This document shows positions 18,707 to 28,630 of a DNA stretch of 64,000 nucleotides, piece after piece. The notes under the pieces are model-generated. The model was not told where the DNA came from and did not search any database. It saw nothing but the letters and a program-made list of their open reading frames with translations. Both the position numbers and the translations under genes were made by a program. The stretch is from contig CAVUKB010000005.1 in the NCBI GenBank assembly GCA_963741955.1, positions 800,001 to 864,000 on the forward strand. Direction: 5' to 3'. Numbering within the stretch: position 1 is the first letter of the stretch; each line of letters starts with the position of its first letter. The DNA is from an uncultured Acidobacteriota bacterium (GTDB lineage Bacteria; Acidobacteriota; Thermoanaerobaculia; Gp7-AA8).

Positions 18707-21211
18707 TCAGCGTGAATCCGGTGCGCGCGATCCCCGCAACATCGCGCTCAGCGCCTGCAGATGCCGGTGGAACTCGACCTCTCTCTCCCGTCCGCGTTTC
18801 TCGAGAAGCTCGCGGTCCGTTTCGGACGTGGTCGCGAATCCATCCTGCAGAGGCGAGATCGCGCGGAGAAGCATCCGGAAGTTCGCGTACCAGGAGAGGT
18901 CGCGGTCGATCAGGCGTCCGCTCTCGTACTCCACCGCCGGGAGATCGTCGACGTGCGGCGGAACTCCCCTGGTGATGCGTGCGACGTCGGCCGGATCGAG
19001 AAGGAGACACGCCGCCGCGTCCGCGGGATCATCGATCCCGATCTGCGAGAGCTCCGCACGGACCGCCGGAGTGAAGTGCGCCTTCAGGCGGTCGAACGGA
19101 ATCGGGCCTTTCTCCATTCGGCCGATCACGATCGTGAACGCGTTCGGTACGTTCGGGACGTACCAGACCGTGGTGTTCGGGAAGACTTCGCGGAAGGCTT
19201 CCAGGATCATGAGGTAATTTCGCGAAGTCAGCGAGTACGTAGGGAGCCACATCGAGATCACGCCGTCGGGATTCAGCCGCGCGCGACAGAGCTCGAAATA
19301 GTCTTTGGTATAGAGGGAGCCGTTCCCCGCATACCGCGGGTGGATGGAGTCGGAAAGGATCACGTCGAACTTCTCCGGGGTGGCCATGATGAAGTTCCGC
19401 CCGTCGTTGATCTCCACCTTCACGCGGGGATCACGGAGCACGCCGTGATTCACCTGCTGCAGGCGCTTCCCGGAGACGTCGAGCACCTCGGGTGAGATCT
19501 CCACGATCCGGATCTGTTCGACCGGATGCCGCGAGACCGCCCATGCCGTCCCTCCGCTCCCGAAGCCGATGTGAACCACCTTCTTCGCGTTCGGATGGAT
19601 CATCAGAGGGAGATGCCCCTGGAGCATCTGCGTACCGATCAGGTCCGGCGCGGTGCCGGCCACGTTCACTCCATTCAGCTCGAGCGAGAGGCTCTTCGGC
19701 CCGAGGCGGCGGAGGGTCACGGTCGCGGAAACGTCCTCACGGAAGACCAGTACCGGGGCCTTCGAGTCGGCGAACATCCCTGCGGAGAGAAGAACCTCGC
19801 CGGGGCGCATCACGGCGAACGACGCGGTGACCACTGCGATCGAGAGTGCTGCGACGGCGATCGGGATCGCGCGACGGGAGGAGCGCAGGCCGAACCAGAG
19901 GCCGACGGCTGCGTTGATCAGCGCCATCAGGAGAAGCCCGTTCTGGGAGCCGATCGCCCGGATCAGGACGAAACCCGCCATCAGCGATCCGAGAATGCTT
20001 CCGATGGTGTTGAAAAGATAGACCCGCCCGACCGCCGCCCCCTCCCCTTCACCGGCACGCGCACCGTAGAGCCGGACCACCAGTGGAAACGTGGCCCCCA
20101 TCAGGGCGGTCGGGATGAGGAGAGCCGAAAGAACGCTCCCGAGAAATGCGAAGAGAGCGTGACCCGGACTCGCCGATCCGGCCAACCCCGCGAACCAGAC
20201 CAGAACGTCGGCGAAGCGGGTGAAGTAGAAGAGCTGAAGCGCGAGAGCGATCGCGAGAGCCGTCTCCAGGAGAGCGAGCGCGCGTACCACGTCGATCCGT
20301 TCGATCCAGATCCGGATCAACGCGCTTCCGATCGCGAGGCCGACGAGGAAAGTGAAGAGCATCAGCGCGAACGCGTACACGCTGCTCCCGAGGTGCAGCA
20401 CGAGAATCCGGGTCCAGAAGACCTCGTCCGCAATCGATGTGAATCCCATCAGGAGGGTCGCGACGAGGATCGGCAGTGTCCCTGCGCGGAACGACTCCAC
20501 CGCAGCCACCGGAGTCTCCTCCCGCACCGGCATTTCCTTCCGCAGCCACGCCACCAGCAGCGCGGAAAGCGCGAGAGCGAAGTTCAGGAGGACTGCGATG
20601 GCGATCGTGCGCACCAGGCCCACGGTCGGGATGAGGAAGAATCCGGAGATCGCCACGCCCGCGGTCGCGCCGAACGTGTTGACGGCGTAGAGCGCAGCGA
20701 CGGCGCGGCCGGTTCCCGCTTCGCCGCCGCTGAACCAGCGCACCAGGAGCGGAAGAGTTCCGCCCATCAGGATCGTCGGCGGCAGGAGAAAGAGCGCCGC
20801 GAGACCCGCACGCGCGACCGCGAGCAGCGTCGGATCGGTGGTCAGCATCCGGAACGCGGCGATGTACGCATCGTCGAGGAGGTGGAACGCGTTCGGCGAA
20901 TACGCGCCGATCGCCCCGATCACCCCCTCCAGTACTGCGTACGCGATGAGAGGACGGGAGAGTCGGAAGCGGTCGCCGAAGAGATATCCGCCGACTCCGA
21001 GCCCGGCGAGGAAGATCGCGACGAGCGTGGCCGCCGCATAGACGGTGTTTCCGAACACCAGTCCCAGATACTTCAGCCAGACGACCTGGTAGATCAGTGA
21101 GCTGATCCCGGAGACGAAGAAGACGGCCAGGACCGCGGCTCTCGCGAAGCCGGCAGGAATGCCGTCGCTCGCGAGCATCTTCGCGCGCGGAATGGGAATG
21201 CCCTCACTCAT
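18707..21211 (-). CDS. Fused MFS-like membrane domain / spermidine synthase
   Basis: SGISSLIYQVVW, PTILMGGTLP, HIGFGSGGT, VEIS, NDGRNF, FDVILSD; start estimated. Confidence 0.88.
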   Translation of the reverse strand: MSEGIPIPRAKMLASDGIPAGFARAAVLAVFFVSGISSLIYQVVWLKYLGLVFGNTVYAAATLVAIFLAGLGVGGYLFGDRFRLSRPLIAYAVLEGVIGAIGAYSPNAFHLLDDAYIAAFRMLTTDPTLLAVARAGLAALFLLPPTILMGGTLPLLVRWFSGGEAGTGRAVAALYAVNTFGATAGVAISGFFLIPTVGLVRTIAIAVLLNFALALSALLVAWLRKEMPVREETPVAAVESFRAGTLPILVATLLMGFTSIADEVFWTRILVLHLGSSVYAFALMLFTFLVGLAIGSALIRIWIERIDVVRALALLETALAIALALQLFYFTRFADVLVWFAGLAGSASPGHALFAFLGSVLSALLIPTALMGATFPLVVRLYGARAGEGEGAAVGRVYLFNTIGSILGSLMAGFVLIRAIGSQNGLLLMALINAAVGLWFGLRSSRRAIPIAVAALSIAVVTASFAVMRPGEVLLSAGMFADSKAPVLVFREDVSATVTLRRLGPKSLSLELNGVNVAGTAPDLIGTQMLQGHLPLMIHPNAKKVVHIGFGSGGTAWAVSRHPVEQIRIVEISPEVLDVSGKRLQQVNHGVLRDPRVKVEINDGRNFIMATPEKFDVILSDSIHPRYAGNGSLYTKDYFELCRARLNPDGVISMWLPTYSLTSRNYLMILEAFREVFPNTTVWYVPNVPNAFTIVIGRMEKGPIPFDRLKAHFTPAVRAELSQIGIDDPADAAACLLLDPADVARITRGVPPHVDDLPAVEYESGRLIDRDLSWYANFRMLLRAISPLQDGFATTSETDRELLEKRGREREVEFHRHLQALSAMLRGSRAPDSR

Positions 21212-21312
21212 CGAACTCGGATCCGGAACTGCTGAACGGTGAACAGCGGGACGAACGAGGGGTATTTCGAAGCTACTGTCAAACGCCCCTACAGGGCGGC
21301 CCCCGGCCGCCA

Positions 21313-21557
21313 AATCCTCGATGCCTTTCAGATCCTCGATCCTCGATCCTCGATGCCTTTCAGATCCTCGATCCTCGATCCGCGATGCCTTTCCGCAACC
21401 CCAGGACTGCGTCCTGGGCTATTGTCAAACGCCCCTACGGGGCTGCCCCGAACCCCCAATCCGCGCTGTCTTTCAGATCCTCGATCATCGATCGTCGATC
21501 CTCGATGTCTTTCAGATCCTCGATCCGCGATGCCTTTCAGATAATCGATGCTCGATG
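21313..21557. repeat. Second (TCGATCC)n / TCGATGYCTTTCAGATCC array, interrupted by a REP-like element
   Basis: Same units as 7539-7710. Confidence 0.9.
21396..21445. repeat. REP-like palindromic element
   Basis: CCCAGGAC-TGC-GTCCTGGG then GCCCC-TAC-GGGGC hairpins; partial copy TGTCAAACGCCCCTAC at ~21277-21300. Confidence 0.6.
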
Positions 21558-22288
21558 CTCTCGTGTATCGTTTCGTCGTGAAGAACCGCTTCCACGTTCC
21601 CGAGCTCCCGCCTCCGGGCGAGAGCGTCGAGCTGACCGGCGACGAATTCCATCACGCCGTGCGCGTTCACCGCTCGCGTGAGGGAGAAGAGGTCGAGCTC
21701 TTCGACGGGCGCGGCGGCTGCGCGGAAGGCGTCATCCGCGAGGTCGGCAAATCATCCGCGCGGGTGGAGATCCTCGCGCCGCTCGGAATATCGCGCGAGA
21801 GCGCGCTCGAGCTGACCCTCGCCATGGCGCTGATCCAGATGGAGCGATTCGAGCTCGTGCTCCAGAAAGCGACGGAGCTCGGGGTACGGCGGATCATTCC
21901 CATGACCACGGAGCGGACCGAGATCCGCGCCGGGCGTGCCGCGGGGCGTCATGGCCGGTGGGAGAAGATCGTGATGGAGGCGGTCAAGCAGTGCGGACGC
22001 AGCATGGTCCCCGCCGTCGAGGAGATCACGTCGTTCGACGCGGTGCTCGCGCTCGCCATCCCGAAAGTCCTCTTCGAGTCCGACCTCCCTCCCGGAGTGC
22101 TCGGGGTCTCGAGCGGCGAGCTCGCAGCGATGGTCGGACCGGAGGGAGGATGGTCCCCGGACGAGCTTCAGCGGGCGCTCGACCGCGGCTGCATCCCCCG
22201 CTCTCTCGGACCGCGGCGGCTGCGCGCGGAGACGGCTGCGATCGCGGGCCTCTCCCTCCTCCAATCCTCTCTCGGCGACCTCGGTTGA
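21548..22288 (+). CDS. rsmE: 16S rRNA m3U1498 methyltransferase
   Basis: HAVRVHR, LQKATELGV, EAVKQCGR, VGPEGG, LGPRRLRAETA; true start may be GTG 21578. Confidence 0.93.
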   Translation: MLDALVYRFVVKNRFHVPELPPPGESVELTGDEFHHAVRVHRSREGEEVELFDGRGGCAEGVIREVGKSSARVEILAPLGISRESALELTLAMALIQMERFELVLQKATELGVRRIIPMTTERTEIRAGRAAGRHGRWEKIVMEAVKQCGRSMVPAVEEITSFDAVLALAIPKVLFESDLPPGVLGVSSGELAAMVGPEGGWSPDELQRALDRGCIPRSLGPRRLRAETAAIAGLSLLQSSLGDLG

Positions 22289-22403
22289 TCCGATCCGCGT
22301 TTCCTGTGGTACCTTGATTGGTCGCCGCGGGTGTGCGCGGCCGGCGACTTCCCTCTCAGAAGTGATACATTACCGCCCGAGTTTTCAGTTGGAGGATCTC
22401 CGC

Positions 22404-23690
22404 TTGCCGCAGGACAGCTTGACCATCACCGACAACCGCACCGGAAAAACCTACCAGGTTCCGATCAGCGACGGCACCATCCGCGCTCTCGATCTGCGAC
22501 AGATCAAAGTCGTGGAGGACGAGTTCGGGATGATGACCTACGACCCCGCCTTCATGAACACTGCGTCCTGCAAGAGCGCGATCACGTTCATCGACGGGGA
22601 CAAGGGAATCCTCGAGTACCGCGGCTATCCGATCGAGCAGCTCGCCGAGTACAGCACGTTTCTCGAGACGGCGTACCTTCTCCTCTACGGCCGGCTGCCG
22701 AGCCAGGCCGAGCTCGACGACTGGACTCTGAACATCACCCACCACACCATCATTCACGAGAACATCAAGAAATTCATCGACGGCTTCCGTTACGACGCGC
22801 ATCCGATGGGGATGCTCATCTCCACCGTCGGCGCGCTCAGCACGTTCTACCCCGAGGCGAAGAACATCCACGACGCATCGGTGCGCGAGCGTCAGATCTA
22901 CCGGCTGATCGCGAAAATGCCGACCCTCGCAGCGTTCGCGTACCGGCACATTCTCGGGATGCCGTTCGCGTATCCGGACAACGACCTCTCCTACACCGGC
23001 AACTTCCTGAACATGATGTACAAGATGACGGAAGTGCGGTACAGACCCGACCCCGTCCTGGAACGCGCGCTGGACGTCCTTTTCATTCTCCACGCCGATC
23101 ACGAGCAGAACTGCTCGACCAGCGCGATGCGCAGCGTCGGCAGCTCGCACGTCGATCCGTATTCGGCGGTGGCCGCGGCGTCTGCCGCGCTCTACGGACC
23201 GCTGCACGGCGGAGCGAACGAAGCCGTCCTCCGGATGCTGACGGAGATCGGGTCGATCAGCAACATCCCCGGATTCATCAAGCGGGTCAAGGCGGGCGAA
23301 GTCCGCCTGATGGGATTCGGTCATCGGGTCTACAAAAACTACGACCCGCGCGCGAAGATCATCAAGCGCACCGCCTACGAAGTGTTCGACGTGACCGGGA
23401 AGAGCCCTCTTCTCGACATCGCGCTCGAGCTCGAGCGGATCGCGCTGGAAGACGACTACTTCGTCTCCCGCAAGCTCTACCCCAACGTCGACTTCTACTC
23501 GGGACTGATCTACCAGTCGATGCACTTCCCGACCAGCCTCTTCCCGGTCCTCTTCGCCATCCCGCGCGTGGCCGGCTGGCTGGCACAGTGGTCGGAGATG
23601 CTCCAGGATCCGGATCAGAAGATCGCGCGGCCGCGGCAGATCTACGTCGGCTCGCGGAACCTCGACTATGTGGGGATAGGAAGCCGGTAA
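22404..23690 (+). CDS. gltA: Citrate synthase
   Basis: GPLHGGANE, GFGHRVYK, YPNVDFYSG; TTG start after GGAGGA. Confidence 0.96.
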   Translation: MPQDSLTITDNRTGKTYQVPISDGTIRALDLRQIKVVEDEFGMMTYDPAFMNTASCKSAITFIDGDKGILEYRGYPIEQLAEYSTFLETAYLLLYGRLPSQAELDDWTLNITHHTIIHENIKKFIDGFRYDAHPMGMLISTVGALSTFYPEAKNIHDASVRERQIYRLIAKMPTLAAFAYRHILGMPFAYPDNDLSYTGNFLNMMYKMTEVRYRPDPVLERALDVLFILHADHEQNCSTSAMRSVGSSHVDPYSAVAAASAALYGPLHGGANEAVLRMLTEIGSISNIPGFIKRVKAGEVRLMGFGHRVYKNYDPRAKIIKRTAYEVFDVTGKSPLLDIALELERIALEDDYFVSRKLYPNVDFYSGLIYQSMHFPTSLFPVLFAIPRVAGWLAQWSEMLQDPDQKIARPRQIYVGSRNLDYVGIGSR

Positions 23691-23694
23691 AGGC

Positions 23695-24177
23695 GTGGTG
23701 GACGAAGCGACGGTCGAATCCGTCCTGCAGGAGATCAACCAGCTCGACGAGGCGTCGGGAAACAGAATCGTAGAAGAGCTCGGCCAGAAGCAGCCGGACC
23801 TTTTCGCATTCGTGATCGCATTCTCAGAGCGCTTCTCCCCTGACGCTTCCGGTCTCGCCATCTATCTCTTCATCGCGATCTACCGGATGTTCGAGAAGAC
23901 GCACGGCTCGATCCGCAGGATCCGCCCCGGCCGGATCGAGCGCGGCTACGACCAGACGACGAAAGCCATCCGCTCCCTCGAACAGACCGCCGAGAGCTTC
24001 CTCGACTCGCCTGCCACGACCCTCGGCGGCGACGAGCCTTGGGTGACGAAGTACGTCCTCGACGCAATCTTCGAGGACGCCGATCCGGATCACGAGATTC
24101 CGGAAGACGATCAGGGACGGATGTTCCTCCTTCTCCACACCGTGATCGATCTCCTTCACGACCCGAAGAAAGAGTGA
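23695..24177 (+). CDS. Hypothetical protein
   Basis: ORF directly after gltA with normal composition. Confidence 0.7.
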   Translation: MVDEATVESVLQEINQLDEASGNRIVEELGQKQPDLFAFVIAFSERFSPDASGLAIYLFIAIYRMFEKTHGSIRRIRPGRIERGYDQTTKAIRSLEQTAESFLDSPATTLGGDEPWVTKYVLDAIFEDADPDHEIPEDDQGRMFLLLHTVIDLLHDPKKE

Positions 24178-24375
24178 ACGCCGACTCGATGTCATGAGTG
24201 CGGACTGCGGGAGATCTCGCGACTGCGAATCTCAGCGGCTGAAAGGAGATCGTTCAGTGGGGTAGCCGCGGCGCCTCGACACTCCGTCCACAGCCTTCTG
24301 CATGCAGGCCTCTGTGCAGAATAATATTCTCTGTAACAAGCTTTCTACAGAACAATATGCGCCTAAATGGCGACA

Positions 24376-24846
24376 TTACCGAATGATCTTCGGCGCTTCC
24401 CAGCCGTACCGCAAATCGATCGTCTGCTCTTTGCGCGGGCCGGCGATGGACCAGCTGAGTGCGACCGAATCCTCCCGCAGCTCGAGCCGCGCCGAGTACG
24501 AATCGTCGCCGCACCGATGCGGGTCGACCGAGTTCCAGAGGGATTCCGATTCGGGAGCGAAGTCGACGAGATGAACCGGGCGGTCCGGACCGAGGCGCAG
24601 ATGCTCCAGCCGAACGCCGCGCGACGATGTCAGGGACCAGCGGTAGACGTTCCGGAATCCCACCCCGGTCAGCCACTTCCCCTCCTCGAGGAACACGACT
24701 GCCTCGGCGGACGGCGACTCGACCGTGACCGATCCCGAACCCTCGCCGCTCCAGCCGGACACTCCGGTCGCGCGGGCCGAGACGCGAAGCTCCCCGACCC
24801 TGCGAAGCCGTTCGAGAATCTCTGACGAATCCATCCTGCGCTTCAT
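24376..24846 (-). CDS. DUF6314-like hypothetical protein
   Basis: FRNVYRW, HRCGDDSY, WSIAGPRK; family call from memory. Confidence 0.65.
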   Translation of the reverse strand: MKRRMDSSEILERLRRVGELRVSARATGVSGWSGEGSGSVTVESPSAEAVVFLEEGKWLTGVGFRNVYRWSLTSSRGVRLEHLRLGPDRPVHLVDFAPESESLWNSVDPHRCGDDSYSARLELREDSVALSWSIAGPRKEQTIDLRYGWEAPKIIR

Positions 24847-24936
24847 CGTCGCCGATCCGTCGCGACTCCGCAACGGACGTCTCGACGCTCCTTCGACTCG
24901 AGGAACGGCGAGATGAATTGCCCGGCGCCGGGTTAC

Positions 24937-25156
24937 CCAATGGCCCGAACTTAAGCAAGATCCGAGTCTCAGCCGGGAGTCGGCGCGAGCTTGCTGGGCA
25001 GCGAAGGATCCCCTCTCCGAGGGGCGCCACGGCTCCCGCCGTGGCCGCGCAGATCGCCTTCAGAACGCAACGAGACGACACTTGCGGCAGATGCGCAGTA
25101 ACTCCGCGCATCGGCTCTGTGAACACCCACAGTGCCCCTCAAGTTCGGGCCACTGG
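24937..25156 (+). mobile_element. MITE family A copy 2
   Basis: Near-identical to 14932-15151. Confidence 0.85.
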
Positions 25157-25158
25157 AT

Positions 25159-25377
25159 CTACGCTCGCTTCGGGATCACGAGCAGGAGGGCGCCCGCGGC
25201 GATCGAGCCGATGCCCGCCCACAGCGGGATGTTCACCGTACGCTTTTCCTGCATGGAGAAAGTGACGGGCCCCATCCTGGCCTCGTGTGTCGAGCGCGTG
25301 TAGGTGAACCCGCCGTACACGAGCGCGGCGATGCCGGCCACGATCAGTACGATCGCGAGAATCTTCAGTCCGCTCAA
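25159..25377 (-). CDS. Small two-TM membrane protein
   Basis: KILAIVLIVAGIAALVYGGFTYT...NIPLWAGIG; overlaps upstream stop. Confidence 0.7.
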   Translation of the reverse strand: MSGLKILAIVLIVAGIAALVYGGFTYTRSTHEARMGPVTFSMQEKRTVNIPLWAGIGSIAAGALLLVIPKRA

Positions 25378-25631
25378 GAGAACCTCCTTCGTGAGGAGAG
25401 GGCACGTACGATCAGGAGGAGCACCACGGCGCCGATGAATGCGACGATCAATGCGCCGATCAAGCCGCCTCCGAGGCTCACCCCGCTGAAGGAGAACAGC
25501 CATCCGCCGAGGAAAGCGCCGATGATGCCCACGACGATGTCACCGAGGAGGCCGAAGCCGCTGCCTTTCATGAACTGACCGGCCAACCAGCCGGCGATCG
25601 CACCGATGATTACGAACCATAAGAATGCCAT
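25374..25631 (-). CDS. GlsB/YeaQ/YmgE family stress-response membrane protein
   Basis: IIGAIAGWLAG...DIVVGIIGAFLGG...AFIGAVVLL. Confidence 0.9.
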   Translation of the reverse strand: MAFLWFVIIGAIAGWLAGQFMKGSGFGLLGDIVVGIIGAFLGGWLFSFSGVSLGGGLIGALIVAFIGAVVLLLIVRALSSRRRFS

Positions 25632-26057
25632 GGAATCCTTCTTTCTCTTGTCAGGACAGCGCGGAAAGTCACTTGTCGCCGGACTGCATCGCACCACCGA
25701 TGCAGCGTTTCGAGCCGAGCTGCACCGCGATGGCCGCTCTTGTCGTACTGGTGAATCCACGGATGAGAACCCGGCGGCGGGCGTCTGGCAGGGCCGCCGG
25801 TTTTCGATGGAGAGAACGCTCCCCGTCACGTGAGGCTGCAAGAGGCTCGCCAACAGGCTCGGCGGCATGTCGCCATGTGCTCGATCGCACACCGTGCGAT
25901 CGCTCTCCAGGGCTCGCTGCCGTTTCGACGAAAGAACGCTGTTCGCGCCGCCCGGAGCGTCGACCGGCGACGGCGGCACCGTGACGGGCGCGGCGACATT
26001 GCACGCACCCCGCAACGCGCGTAGGATCGGCGAATCTCCGACAGACGAGGTGCAGGA

Positions 26058-27176
26058 ATGGGTCAGAGCCCGCAGGTGTCCCGACGCATGTTCGCCCGCC
26101 TTCTGGGCGCAGGAGCGGCGCTGGCCGCTGTGCCGTTCGACCTGAGATCCGGAACAGAGCCCGCGGCAGTTCCGGAAGTGGGTCCGCTGCGCCTCTCCTA
26201 CAACGAGAACCATTACGGGCTGTCGCCGTCGGCCCGAGCCGCGCTGGCCTCGCTCTCCGACTCGGCCTGGATGTACCCGGACGAGCACGAGGAGGCGCTG
26301 CGGGTCGATCTCGCGCGAGCGAACGGCGTGAAGGCGGAGTGGATCCTTCTCGGCAACGGCTCCTCAGAAGTCCTGCAGCTGGCCGCGCTGGCCGCACTCT
26401 CCCCTTCTCGAAGTGTCGTGATGGCCAACCCTACCTTCGAGCTCATGGCGATGCATGCCGCGGCCGTCGGCGCGAAGATCGTGAAGGTGCCCCTCACCAC
26501 CGACTGGGCCCACGATCTCCCCACAATGGTGAAGGCATCGCCGGGCGCGGGGATCCTCTACATCTGCAACCCGAACAATCCGACGGCGTCGATCACACCG
26601 AAGGAAGTGATCCGTCAGGCGATCGTCGACCTTTCCCCTTCCACGATGATCATCGTGGACGAGGCCTACGCTCACTATGCCTCGAACGCATTCGAATCGA
26701 TGATTCCTCTCGTTCAGAAGCACGAGAACCTGATCGTCCTTCGTACGTTTTCCAAGATCTACGGGATGGCCGGACTGCGCTGCGGATTTGCGGTGGCCCA
26801 GCCGTCCACCATCGCCCGCCTTCAGAAGCGGCAGGCGGCGAACGACATGAATCTCGCTGCGCTCCTTGCGGCGAGGGCGAGTCTGAAAGACGACCAGTAC
26901 ATTGTCGAATCACGGCGGAGAAACGCGTCCGTGCGAGCCGCGACGACGAAGAAGCTGACCGAGATGGGATTCCGGACCATCCCGTCCGAGGCCAACTTCT
27001 TCATGGTCGACCTCGGCCGTGACCTGCGGCCGGTGCGGGCTGCCATGCGCGATCGAGGCATCCTCGTCGGACGCCCCTTTTCGCCGATGATCCACTACCT
27101 GCGGGTCACGATCGGCACCGAGCCTCAGATGCGGCGCTTCCTCGAAGCGCTCGGGGAGATCACGGGAAAGGCCTGA
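26058..27176 (+). CDS. HisC-like class I/II PLP aminotransferase with Tat-like leader
   Basis: LSYNEN, CNPNNPT, VDEAY, RTFSKIYGMAGLR; N-terminal SRRMFARLLGAGAALAA. Confidence 0.88.
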   Translation: MGQSPQVSRRMFARLLGAGAALAAVPFDLRSGTEPAAVPEVGPLRLSYNENHYGLSPSARAALASLSDSAWMYPDEHEEALRVDLARANGVKAEWILLGNGSSEVLQLAALAALSPSRSVVMANPTFELMAMHAAAVGAKIVKVPLTTDWAHDLPTMVKASPGAGILYICNPNNPTASITPKEVIRQAIVDLSPSTMIIVDEAYAHYASNAFESMIPLVQKHENLIVLRTFSKIYGMAGLRCGFAVAQPSTIARLQKRQAANDMNLAALLAARASLKDDQYIVESRRRNASVRAATTKKLTEMGFRTIPSEANFFMVDLGRDLRPVRAAMRDRGILVGRPFSPMIHYLRVTIGTEPQMRRFLEALGEITGKA

Positions 27177-27242
27177 GGGTGTCCCTCATCGGCCGTCGGT
27201 CGAACATTCGAAAATCCGGGCGGATTTGGACCGGCTTCGCCA

Positions 27243-27313
27243 GCCAAACGCCGCGCTTCAGCGGTGTTGGCGAGCGCAGCGAATCAACGTCCGCTGCAAG
27301 CGCGGCGTTAGGC
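27243..27313 (-). other. attC (most distal)
   Basis: GCCAAAC...GTTAGGC imperfect palindrome, 71 bp. Confidence 0.85.
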
Positions 27314-27931
27314 GTCTTGGTTCCGACGGCGGAAGACGACGTAGGCAATGGTCGTCGCTGAGATGAAGGGGATTGCGAACACACCACCCACGAGGAGTCC
27401 CGTTGCAAGAGCAAGAAGCAGTCCCGCGGCTGGCGCAGCAAAAGCAAGCAGGTCGTCGTGCCCATTGCGTCGAAGAGAGAAGTAGATTGCAGTGAGGATG
27501 ATGAGATCACCGATGCCGACGATCGGGCGGAGCTGGCCGCCAAGAATGAAGGAGACGCTGAGGTATTGGAGCAAGTCGCTCGTGCCGGCATGGAAAGCGT
27601 GAGTGAGCTTTGCCGTGGTGCCAACTTGAGTTGAGACGATGTCTACGATCGAGGCAGCGACGGAGAAGGATACGAGTCCTGGAAGATTGCCAACCAAGGT
27701 GCCGAGAAGCGAGCCGACAGCGGCGGCGACGACCAGGATCGACACATTGGCGACCAGCGCGATGTCCGGCCGAAACACGAGGATGGCGACGTAACCGCCG
27801 AGGACGGGAACAGAGATGGCGGCGGTCTGTGGCCAGGGGAGGCGGCAGGTGAATGCCGTTGCCGCGAAAAGCAGCGCGGCGCTCGCGACGCAGACGGTGG
27901 TTGAGGTCACGACTGCAGCATCGGTGGACAA
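27308..27931 (-). CDS. Cassette: multi-TM membrane protein
   Basis: Hydrophobic ORF whose stop lies in the attC core; contains VGIGDL. Confidence 0.7.
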   Translation of the reverse strand: MSTDAAVVTSTTVCVASAALLFAATAFTCRLPWPQTAAISVPVLGGYVAILVFRPDIALVANVSILVVAAAVGSLLGTLVGNLPGLVSFSVAASIVDIVSTQVGTTAKLTHAFHAGTSDLLQYLSVSFILGGQLRPIVGIGDLIILTAIYFSLRRNGHDDLLAFAAPAAGLLLALATGLLVGGVFAIPFISATTIAYVVFRRRNQDA

Positions 27932-27934
27932 GAC

Positions 27935-27992
27935 GCGTCACGGCTCAGCATCAGCGGCGCACAGTGCCGTCCGCTGCATGCTGTTGTTAGGC
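27935..27992 (-). other. attC, degenerate R' core
   Basis: Matches the 32193-32252 family but left end is GCGTCAC. Confidence 0.7.
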
Positions 27993-28283
27993 GTCACTGT
28001 GCTCTCCATGTGTGGAGTTGACCCGTTTTCGTGGACTCCCTCCCCAATGTTCAGGTGTCCACGAAAACGGGTCAACTCCAGTCTGCACAAGCGAAGTCGA
28101 TCTCCGGCTTGGGTATCCGAGCCCGACGCGAACCGACCAGTACTTTCCGACCCTCTTGAAGTGAAGTGACGGATGCCTCGGGTTTGCGCGCAAAAGCTCG
28201 GAATTGCTTCGAGCGAGCTGTTGGATTTCGACGGGAAGCTGCTCGAAATAGTCCCAGAACTCGGGCGAGGTGTGGTGATTCAA
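27987..28283 (-). pseudogene. Cassette: RelE/ParE-like toxin, C-terminus disrupted
   Basis: NPRHPSLHFKRVGKYWSVRVGLGY then diverges and reads through a mini-IS. Confidence 0.7.
28013..28080. mobile_element. 68-bp mini-IS remnant with IS3-like TG...CA termini
   Basis: Perfect 24-bp IR TGGAGTTGACCCGTTTTCGTGGAC separated by 20 bp. Confidence 0.7.
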
Positions 28284-28480
28284 ATAGGACGACTCTTGCC
28301 GGCGCGATGATCAGCAAGCGCCTGATTCATGAGCCGGTCGAGCTTGCCGGTTTCTGAATCCTGCTCGATCTGCCGGTCCCACTCTTCCCAGTCCTGCTCC
28401 AACAGCCAGTCCCTGAGCTCCATAAACTCCTCAGGGGTAAGGCTTTGGATCTGCTGCTCAATTTGTTCGACTCTGGTCAT
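28280..28480 (-). CDS. Cassette: putative antitoxin
   Basis: 66-aa acidic protein, WDRQIEQD...GKLD, overlaps toxin start. Confidence 0.75.
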   Translation of the reverse strand: MTRVEQIEQQIQSLTPEEFMELRDWLLEQDWEEWDRQIEQDSETGKLDRLMNQALADHRAGKSRPI

Positions 28481-28520
28481 ACCTTCACCAAAACAATCCT
28501 ACCGGATTCGAGCTTCCGCC

Positions 28521-28626
28521 GCCCGTCGGCCCGCGGTTCACCGGCGTGGACCGCGCTGGGATCACGCGGGCTCTTCGAGAACCAGTAAAGCAGCGGTTCG
28601 CGTCCGGTGCAACCGCTCAGATGGGC
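28521..28626 (-). other. attC with both cores mutated
   Basis: Body matches 47061-47164 but ends are GCCCGTC / GATGGGC. Confidence 0.7.
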
Positions 28627-28630
28627 GACT

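Noticed and set aside
19526-21100. Long antisense ORFs (also 22356-23861, 55945-57360, 12087-13331 and others)
   Set aside because: Typical high-GC shadow frames opposite clearly recognisable genes.
24254-25126. ORFs spanning MITE A copies (also 14759-15106 and 58705-59157)
   Set aside because: The shared peptide text comes from the repeated non-coding element; there are no transposase motifs.
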